Assembly: GCA_002269645.1 (NCBI GenBank)
Contig: NIVC01005198.1
Location: 1 to 21,940, forward strand
Length of the DNA stretch: 21,940 bases
Direction of reading: 5' to 3'
From: Macrostomum lignano
Lineage: Eukaryota
Positions within the stretch are counted from its first letter, which is position 1; every line of letters starts with the position of its first letter. This document shows positions 1-7,740 of this stretch, piece by piece. Made by a program: the position numbers and the translations under genes. Under the pieces are notes generated by a model. That model was given only the letters and a program-made list of their open reading frames with translations. It made no database searches and was not told the origin of the DNA.

Positions 1-345
1 CTCCCTCTCCTCTCTCCTCTCCTCTCTCCCTCTCTCCTCTCCCTCTCCTCCCTCCCTCTCCTTCTCACTTTTCGCCCTTTCCCTTCCTCCCTCTCTCCTC
101 TCTTTTTTTCTCTCCCTTTTCCTCACCCTCTTTCTCCTCTCTCCCTTGTCCTCTCTCCACGCATCAAATAGCATGCTCGCATCGTTCCATGCGTCAAATT
201 TATTGCATACTTGCCCACAACAATAATTTTATTTTAAAAAACGATAACTTTCACGCAATTTAGTCCAAGACATTGACCGAATTACTTGGATAACTACTGT
301 AAGTAGTTAGCTGGAAAAAAATATAAAACGAATAAGCTGATTGGT
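1..345 (+). repeat. Left copy of a duplicated block (CT-rich tract plus ~280 bp unique AT-rich sequence) flanking the PLE
   Basis: 64-345 (ctcacttttcgccc...aataagctgattggt) aligns nearly base for base with 5953-6235, with only a few substitutions or 1-bp indels. 1-63 is a CT-only tract like the one preceding the right copy. Confidence 0.95.
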
Positions 346-395
346 AAATTTGAAGTCAAGTTGAAAAAATTAATTTCAACAAGTCAAGTTGATAT
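346..395 (-). other. Inverted 'tail' fragments at the PLE 5' junction
   Basis: 353-365 (aagtcaagttgaa) and 378-392 (aacaagtcaagttga) are reverse complements of the terminal-repeat start at 5484-5496 and 5485-5499. Confidence 0.8.
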
Positions 396-486
396 AACTT
401 TATTCAACTTGATTGTTTGTCCTTTTACATGTACCGCGTCCGTGCCTGAGATTGGAGGCGCCCTCCTCTCTCTCTCTCTCTCTCTC
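396..486 (+). repeat. 5' terminal direct repeat (pseudo-LTR-like, ~91 bp, ending in (CT)n)
   Basis: aactttattcaacttgattgtttgtccttttacatgtaccgcgtccgtgcctgagattggaggcgccctc(ct)n matches 5477-5569. Confidence 0.9.
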
Positions 487-529
487 TTCCCTCTCTCTTT
501 GGCCAGCACCGGTAATTCATTTGGACGAC

Positions 530-2633
530 ATGAGCTCAGCAACTAACTTCCGTCAGCAACGTCAGTGGTTCAACAGTCGGAGACGCATTGGACGTCAAGC
601 TGAACCTCAGAGAAACAGTGAACGACCTGAAAGGCCCAGACAGCCTGCCACTCTGCCCCCGCCCAAGACCACAGCAACAGCCCTTAGCAACCAAGTCGCG
701 GCAGCGTGCAAGGGACTGTGCAGGATCCACCACCATCTGCAGAACTGTCTCGCCCGGCAGCTCCAGTGACAGTCCGAAGGAAGGCAGATAGGCCTGACCT
801 TATTCCTCTGTCCAGCGTTCCAGAGCAAGGAGACTCACCAGCGCTTTGAATCCAACGCCCTACAGTGGCTTGGTGCACACAACGGCGGACATGAGACCCA
901 TTAGGCACGCAGTTCGCAGCGGTGGCCGAGAAGTTGGAGCAGCTTCGACTATCTGGCCCGGTGGATGAATTCAAGACCGGCTGGCTCGTAGGCATCCGGT
1001 GGGCGCCAAACAAGATTGGCAGAGCCTGGAGTCCCCGCATCCTTGACGGTGTGATGGAGCGCCTGCACACCATGGTTCAAGGCACTGGCTGATTGTCTGA
1101 GTGAACCGGATACGCAGCTCCAGGCCACGACGCATTCCCAAGCTTCGACCGCTGCCCACCCACGTCCAGTTCATTGGCTTCCATCATCGAGGTGGCGTCG
1201 GAGGAGCTCATGTCCATTTTCGAGACTGGAGCTAACGTGCCAGCGGCCTCAACGGCGGCCTCGTCGGCGACCGCGCCGGCGGCTTCATCGGCGGCCTCGT
1301 CGGCGACCGCGCCGCGGCGGCGGCCTCGTCGGCGACCGCGCCGGCGGCTTCATCGGCGGTGACTGCGCCGGCGGCTTCATCGGCGGTGACTGCGCCGGCG
1401 GCTTCATCGGCGGCTTCGTCGGCGACCGCGCCGGCGGCTTCATCGGTGGCTTCGTCGGCGGCTTCATCGCGCGGTGACTGCGCCGGCGGCTTCATCGGTG
1501 GCTTCGTCGGCGGCCTCGTCGGCGGCCTCGTCGGCGACTGCGCCGGCGGCCTCGTCGGCGACCGCGTCGGCGGCTTCATCGGCGGCTTCGTCGGCGGCCT
1601 CGTCGGCGACCGCGCCGGCGGCTTCATCGGCGGCTTCGTCGGCGGCCTCGTCGGCGACTGCGCCGGCGGCTTCATCGGCGGCCTTGTCGGCGACCGCGCC
1701 GGCGGCCTCGTCGGCGACTGCGCCAGCGGCTTCATCGGCGGCCTTGTCGGCGACCGCGCCGGCGGCCTCGTCGGCGACTGCGCCGGCGGTTTCATCGGCA
1801 GCGACTGTACCGGCGGCTTCATCGGCGGCCTCGTCAGCTTCGACGGCTCATGAAGAGAACTCTACGGCGCCATCCGCACGGGACTGTGCCTCAATTGAGA
1901 CTCCGACAAACAGGGAGGTGTCCCTCCCCATGACTACGTCTACTGGTGTCCCAGAGACTGTCACCGCCCGGACAAGCGAAGATGCCGCAGACTCTGGAAC
2001 CCCGGCGGCTACCAGGAAGAGGCCCCCATCTGCTTCTCCGGATTCCGGGAGCCTCATGCAACCGTCGAAGACTGCCAGAAGCTTACGGGAGAACAAAGTC
2101 ATCTACCACCACGGAGCCAAGAAGCACTGGAAGCTGAGGTCAAAGCAGAAGCCCACCCTGGTGATCGCTGACCAGAACGTGGAATTCGTGAAGCTGGCCT
2201 CGCCAGACCTAGAGGTGCACTGCTTCCCGGGCCTCACACTGGACTACCTGAAGAACATCAGCAAGGTGGAGAATGCAAGTCCCGACACGGGCCGCGTCAT
2301 CGTCTGGGCCGGCAACAACGACCTCCACCGTGAGAGCTTCGACTTCTCCATCGCCAAGCTCTGGAAGATGAGCCTGACCAACATCAGGAAGGCTTTCCCC
2401 GGCGCGTCAATCTGGGCGGTGCAGACCGTGTGCCCCCCGATGCGCCGGCGCTCCAGAAGAGTAACTGTCGCAAGACGAACCAGCTCCTGAGCAGCTACCG
2501 GTCTGTCAGCCTGATCTCGCTGGACACCAAGGACCTGGCATTCCGACGGGACCAGATCAGCCTGGAGCGACAGTCTGCTGATGGGGCGTTCGCCGTCGCC
2601 CTGGAGACGGTGGGCGACCTTCCAAAAAACTGA
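530..2633 (+). CDS. PLE ORF1 (frameshifted as read): N-terminal domain, Ala/Ser-rich linker, C-terminal SGNH/GDSL hydrolase-like domain
   Basis: ATG at 530 (MSSATNFRQQ..). Protein-like text continues across single-base frame jumps near 763, 792, ~900, ~1081, ~1160, ~1316, ~1470 and ~2435. SGNH-like blocks: LVIADQN (2158-2178), HCFPG (2218-2232), VWAGNND (2302-2322), RRDQIS (~2544-2561). Ends PKN-TGA at 2631-2633. Confidence 0.7.
1240..1850 (+). repeat. GC-rich coding tandem repeat (ASSA/ATAPA units) within ORF1
   Basis: Shuffled 9-15 bp units (gcggcttcatcg, gcggcctcgtcg, gcgaccgcgccg). The frame continuous with the SGNH domain reads ASSATAPAASS... Confidence 0.85.
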
Positions 2634-2663
2634 GCGGGCCGGGGGCGAGCCATGGGCCCCCCC
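2624..2663 (+). promoter_or_regulatory. Candidate -1 programmed ribosomal frameshift signal (A_AAA_AAC slippery heptamer plus GC-rich hairpin)
   Basis: The heptamer at 2624-2630 is in the ORF1 frame directly before TGA. The -1 frame is open (LSGPGASHGPPQLRVTNLS) into the RT N-terminus. GGGCC(2636-2640)/GGCCC(2655-2659) or GGGGGC(2641-2646)/GCCCCC(2656-2661) can pair. Confidence 0.6.
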
Positions 2664-4871
2664 AACTGAGGGTGACGAACCTCTCCAGCCGCGCTCTCGC
2701 ACCGACTGAACTGCAACTGCTGGAGCGCGGCCAGTCCTTCGTAGTGGCTCCTCGGTGCACCTCGGCGGAGTCTCTGGCGTCCGGCGTCCGCGACTTTGGC
2801 GAGCGTCTGGCCGTGTCGGCGGCTTGCGGCTTCAAGCGCGAACTGACGGTGAACGACGGTCCGCCGCTTCCCCGCCGCCAACGGCCAGCATCGATCCGAG
2901 CCGCCTCCGGCCCGAAATTCAAGCCGTTCTGGCGGAGCTGGACGACGTCAGGGAGAACATCCGGGACTGCAGGAACGCTCCAAACATCAGTCAGGCGGAG
3001 GCGAAGGCACTGCGAGATCTACGGGCAGACAAGTCCATCGTCATCAAGCCGGCCGACAAGGGCAGCCAGCTGGTCATTCTGGACCGGCAGGACTATGTCC
3101 GTGAATGCCTGCGTCAGCTAGACGATCCGGCCTTCTACCGGCTTCTGAGCGAGCCGATCAACCGCTTCACGGCCCAGAGGATCCGCGCCGTCTTCCAGTC
3201 GCTACTGGACCGCAGGCTTATCGACAAACGCCAGTTCACCGCCTTCTGCCCGAAGGAGGAGTTCCGGACGCGACGCTTTTACATCCTGCCAAAGATTCAC
3301 AAGCCAGCCGAGTCGTGGCCGCTCGGCGACATCCCGCCAGGCCGGCCCATCGTGTCTGACGTGGACAGCGAATCATATACCAGCGGCCGCTTCATCGACA
3401 GCTTCCTGCAGCCGATCGTCATCCAGCTGCCCAGCTTCATCAGGGATACCGATCATTTCCAGGCGGCCATCAGAGACATCACCTGCCCGGCGCGGGTGAG
3501 ACCTTTCTGTTCACCATGGACGTCGCCAGCCTTTACACTAACATCCCGACCGCGGCCGGACTCAAGTGCATACAGAGGGCCTTCAGAGAGCACCCGGACG
3601 CCCGACGCCCGGACGCGAGCCTCCTCAGTTTGCTCAAGCTGAACCTGGAGCGCAACGACTTCGAGTTCGATGGCAAATTTTTTCTGCAAGTGAAAGGCAC
3701 GGCCATGGGAAAATCGTTTGCGCCCAGCTACAGTAACATCTACATGGGCTACTGGGAGCAGCGGGGCCTGGAGCTCAGCCCGCATAAGCCCGCCCTGTGG
3801 CTGCGCTACATCGACGACATCTTCGGCGTCTGGCACGGAACGAGAGACGAGCTGGTCCGCTTCCACGAGCTCCTGGATGGCCTCGACCCGAACATCAGGT
3901 TGCAGCTGAGCTACAGCAGCACCGAGGTCAACTTCCTGGATACCACCGTCTTCTGGGACCGCGAGGGTGACGTTAAGCGCCTGGCAACTAAGGTGTATTT
4001 TAAGCCGACCGACAGCCGAACGTTCATTCACCGCGACTCTTTCCACCCGAAGCGGACGTTCCGGGGCGTGGTGAAGTCCCAGCTCCTCAGATACGCCCGG
4101 CGGTGTTCCCGGATGGCCGATTTCGACGCAGCGTGCACCGGGCTGTTTTCAAGTCTGGTGCAACACCAGGGCTACAATCGGCGGTTCCTGCGCACGATCA
4201 AGTACGAGATGCTGACGGAGCTGGGCTTCTACCCGACGAGACGGTGGGAATTCGGCTTTCTGCCGTGCAACCCAACCCGGCTGTGCAGGTGCTGCCAGGC
4301 GCACGCCAGGTTCGCCTCCGTCTGCCCCGGATCAGCAGCCACGACAGTCCCGCTCATCATCAGTCAGCGGATCGACTGCAACGCCACCAACGCCGTCTAT
4401 GCCGTGTTCTGCCGCCGGTGCGACCACACGGTCTACGTAGGCGAGACCGCCAACAGCATCCGCGGCCGCATGCTGGCGCACATAGGCGACATCCGGCACG
4501 CCCGTGACACTCCGGTGGCCCGCCATTTCACCAGTGATGGCCACAGTCTGGCGGACTTCGCCTTCACCGGCATCTGGTCTCGTGACAGCACGGGACCCAG
4601 AGCGAACGAGCGGCGGCAGCGCCACGAGGCCAAGCTCATCGAGGTGTTAAAGACTCGAACCCCGCACGGCGTCAACGAGCTTGCCGGCACGCTGCACAAC
4701 CCGGCCACCCCGCTGATCCTACCCGATTGTGCGAGGTCGGACGCCCTGGTGGCCGCGGTGAAGGACCACATGGCCCGGTGCTGCGAGGCCCCGGTGCTGC
4801 CCGCCTACACCAAAGGGCGGAACCTCCGGCAGCTGCTCTGTCCCAGTCGACTGGAGTCCACCACTGATTGA
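2630..4871 (+). CDS. PLE ORF2: reverse transcriptase plus GIY-YIG endonuclease (two frameshifts as read, ~2870 and ~3500)
   Basis: Joins track ORFs 2672..3121 (start), 2755..3642 (middle) and 3516..4871. YIDD at 3807-3818. Thumb region KVYFKPTD..HRDSFHP..GVVKSQLLRY..CS. AVY (4392-4400)..C..C..YVGET (4435-4449)..R..H..VARHF..GH..E..I..L.T..PHGVN. Confidence 0.93.
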
Positions 4872-5437
4872 ATTTTCCTTTGATTTTTTACTTCACTTTC
4901 CCTTCTACTTACCTTTGTCAGACCGTGCCGGTACCTACCAAGCCTTTTATTGCTCCTTTCTTAGAAATTTTTTTATTCTTATCGCTAGCCCAAGCACAGC
5001 TTTTGTATATTCTCAGCATTTATTCTGCATCAACATTTCTATTGTTTCTTGACAGCCTGTACTTTTTTATTACACTTTTTACTTTTACTCTTTTGCTTAT
5101 CGTACAATTGCTCTTTTTAGTTTTTGAGGGCCTTTTCACCTTTTTTATTTATTGAGGTCCATTTTGTAAAGTGCTTAGAGTCGCTCTTTCCCCTTTTTAG
5201 ACACCGGGGCAGTTGCACCACTCCATTATTTATTTCGTGTGTAGGATCGCTGCAGCCCACGTGCGGTTCACTTTATTTGTGCACTGTTTTTTATTTTGCA
5301 TTTTCAACTCTAATAGTGTTTTATCGACTCACACCAAGTGTACATACCGTACGCTCTCTATCTACCTGTCTACTCTCTCTCCCCTCTAACCCGCCTATTT
5401 AATAACTTTTACAACACCACTTGTCGCTACTTTTCAC

Positions 5438-5478
5438 TTGCCCAGACGAAGAATTTACCTAATTCGAAAAATCGGCAA
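5438..5478 (+). ncRNA. Variant minimal type I hammerhead ribozyme-like motif
   Basis: Stem I TTGCC(5438-5442)/GGCAA(5474-5478); core CAGACGA-A (5443-5450); stem II GAATT/AATTC with TACCT loop; GAAA (5466-5469); AA; TC (5472-5473) as the putative cleavage dinucleotide. It lies at the 3' terminal repeat, where PLE hammerheads are known to occur. Confidence 0.6.
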
Positions 5479-5569
5479 CTTAATTCAACTTGACTTGTTT
5501 GTCCTTTTTACATGTACCGCGTCCGTGCCTGAGATTGGAGGCGCCCTCCTCTCTCTCTCTCTCTCTCTC
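5477..5569 (+). repeat. 3' terminal direct repeat (pseudo-LTR-like)
   Basis: Matches 396-486 with about 3 differences. Confidence 0.9.
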
Positions 5570-5952
5570 CCTCTCTCCCTCTCCCTCTCCTCCCTCTCCC
5601 TCTCCCTCTCCTCCCTCTCCCTCTCCCTCTCCTCCCTCTCCCTCTCCCTCTCCCTCTCCTCCCTCTCCCTCTCCCTCTCCTCCCTCTCCCTCTCCCTCTC
5701 CTCCCTCTCCCTCTCCCTCTCCTCCCTCTCCCTCTCCCTCTCCTCCCTCTCCCTCTCCCTCCCTCTCCCTCTCCCTCTCCTCCCTCTCCCTCTCCCTCTC
5801 CTCCCTCTCCCTCTCCCTCTCCCTCTCCTCCCTCTCCCTCTCCCTCTCCTCCCTCTCCCTCTCCCTCTCCTCCCTCTCCTCTCTCTCCCTCTCCTCTCCC
5901 TCTCCTCCCTCTCCCTCTCCCTCTCCCTCTCCTCCCTCTCCCTCTCTTTCTC
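5544..5952 (+). repeat. Pure pyrimidine (CCCTCT)n-type tract with ~21-bp higher-order period
   Basis: About 410 bp of C/T only, dominated by cctccctctccctctccctct-type units with some 27-bp variants. Confidence 0.95.
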
Positions 5953-6235
5953 CTCACTTTTCGCCCTTTCCCTTCCTCCCTCTCTCCTCTCTTTTTTCTC
6001 TCCCTTTTCCTCACCCTCTTTCTCCTCTCTCCCTTGTCCCTCTCTCCACGCATCAAATAGCATGCTCGCATTGTTCCATGCGTCAAATTTATTGCATACT
6101 TGCCCACAACTATAATTTTATTTTAAAAAACGATAACTTTCCACGCAATTTAGTCCAAGACATTGACCGAATTACTCTGGATAACTACTGTAAGTAGTTA
6201 GCTGGAAAAAATATAAAACGAATAAGCTGATTGGT
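5953..6235 (+). repeat. Right copy of the duplicated flanking block
   Basis: Matches 64-345. Similarity stops abruptly after ...aataagctgattggt. Confidence 0.95.
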
Positions 6236-6308
6236 CAGCCACCAGTGCCAGCCAATCCGGCAGGTGTAAGATGTCGGAGGCTGGTTCTCTCAATTCTAGC
6301 TATATAAG
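6230..6308 (+). promoter_or_regulatory. Putative GPCR core promoter (ATTGG 6230-6234, CCAAT 6252-6256, TATATAAG 6301-6308)
   Basis: Motif order and spacing upstream of the ATG at 6385. These are motif matches only. Confidence 0.4.
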
Positions 6309-6384
6309 CCAAGAATATTTGCCAGAGCGCTCGGTTTTCAATTTAACAATATCCCCTACCAAAGCGTGCTAATCTCTAGCCACG

Positions 6385-7131
6385 ATGCATAACAGTTCTC
6401 TAGCAGAGTTGAGCATTGGAAACTCCTCAGGCGAGGCTGCCGACAGCAGAGGCCGCTACTCGGCCAGCGAGCGCGCCCTCTACGGCTGCTTGGGCCTCCT
6501 GCTATCGGTCTTCATCACCAGCGTCAACTCCGTCATCATGTGGGCCTTCGTGCGCAGTCCCAGCGTTCGCCGGGTGCCCGGTCACGTGCTCATCGTCGGC
6601 CTGATGGTGAGCAGCGACATCCTTATCGGGGCCGCAGCGCTGCCCGGCTACCTGGCGGCGACCCTGTTCGACTCCTGGCCTCTGCCGATGTGGGCCTGCG
6701 ACCTGTGGATCACCTGCGACTACGTCAGCACCAATGTCGGCGTGGTCAGCGTCACCGCCGTGGCGTTCGATCGATTCCTGGCCACCAACTGCGTGTTTGC
6801 GCACAAGCGCTGGATGCACCGGACCAACCAGATTCGACTCTGCGTTGGCTTGTGGATCTTCACTACGGCAAGGAACGTGCTCACCTTCCCCGTGTGGGTG
6901 CTGGCCACCGACTACCGGGCTGTTGCCGATCCCAGCACCTGCTCGCACCCGATCTATAAGAACCCCACGGCTGCGCTGGTGCAGCGAACTCTGGCTCTGT
7001 ACATCCCCGTGATTCTGCTGGTCTTCTTTTACGCTGCGGTGGTGATGAGAATTCTGCGCAGCGGCGGCGACAGGCACGCCGGGGCGGTTGGACGGGCTGG
7101 CGGCGCCGGCGGGGCGCGGACTCTGCTCAGG
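6385..7131 (+). CDS. Class A GPCR, aminergic (muscarinic/histamine-like), exon 1 (TM1-TM5)
   Basis: N1.50 (SVN), D2.50 (SDILIG), W..P...CDLWITCDYV (D3.32), FDRF, W4.50, ECL2 Cys, TM5 YIP..FY. Donor AGG|GTGAGG at 7131/7132, phase 0. Confidence 0.9.
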
Positions 7132-7740
7132 GTGAGGGGCGGATTTTGGGGCGGATGGATGGGCGGACTCTGCTCAGGGTGAGGGGCGGATTTTGGGGCG
7201 GATGGATGGGCGGACTCTGCTCAGGGTGAGGGGCGGATTTTGGGGCGGATGGATGGGCGGACTCTGCTCAGTGTGAGGGGCGGATTTTGGGGCGGATGGA
7301 TGGGCGGACTCTGCTCAGGGTGAGGGGCGGATTTTGGGGCGGATGGATGGGCGGACTCTGCTCAGGGTGAGGGGCGGATTTTGGGGCGGATGGATGGGCG
7401 GACTCTGCTCAGGGTGAGGGGCGGATTTTGGGGCGGATGGATGGGCGGACTCTGCTCAGGGTGAGGGGCGGATTTTGGGGCGGACTCTGCTCGGGGTGAG
7501 GGGCAGATTTTAGGGCGGACTCTGCTCAGAGTGAGGGGTGGATTTGGGGGCGAACTCTGCTTAGTTTTGGGGCGGATTTTGGGGTGGACTTTGGAGCGGA
7601 CTTTGGGGCGGATTTTGGGGCGGATTTTGGGGCGGATTTTGGAGCAGATTTTGGGGCGGATCTTGATGCGGACTTTGTTCTGGGTAAAGGCCGGATTTTG
7701 GGGCGGACTCTGCTTAGGGTGAGGGGCGGGTTTTAAGTCG
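7118..7740 (+). repeat. G-rich 47-bp minisatellite spanning the exon 1 donor, decaying into shorter units
   Basis: Units (ggactctgctcagggtgaggggcggattttggggcggatggatgggc) start at 7118, 7165, 7212, 7259, 7306, 7353, 7400 and 7447. Truncated and degenerate units follow to ~7740. Confidence 0.95.

Larger units (their letters stand above)
396..5569 (+). mobile_element. Penelope-like retroelement (PLE), C-terminal GIY-YIG type, Neptune-like, two ORFs
   Basis: PLE-type RT (VTNLSS..LAPTELQLLERG N-terminus, IKPADKG, GRPIVS, MDVASLYTNIP, QVKGTAMG, RYIDD, VNFLD), then a Cys-rich linker (C..LCRCC) and a GIY-YIG with the CCHH arrangement. Also terminal direct repeats, an inverted tail and a hammerhead-like motif. 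No protease, RNase H, integrase or APE motifs seen. Confidence 0.92.

Noticed and set aside
2631-2633. Selenocysteine or readthrough at the ORF1 TGA
   Set aside because: As read, ORF2 is not in the ORF1 frame, and I saw no convincing SECIS. It would need reconsidering only if the C-run at 2657-2663 is really C8.
536-4771. Minus-strand and alternative-frame ORFs across the PLE (for example 1232..1822, 2244..2702, 3453..4046)
   Set aside because: These are expected shadows of GC-rich coding sequence. The conserved motifs all fall in the + strand ORF1/ORF2 frames.
4868-5402. Hydrophobic ORFs after ORF2 as an env-like or membrane ORF3
   Set aside because: They start with TTG, not ATG. The Phe/Leu richness follows directly from a T-rich 3' UTR, and no motif supports them.
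396-5569. LTR retrotransposon, LINE, or bacterial group II intron/retron
   Set aside because: No TG..CA LTR ends, primer-binding site, protease, RNase H, integrase or APE. RT signatures plus a CCHH GIY-YIG are diagnostic of a PLE.
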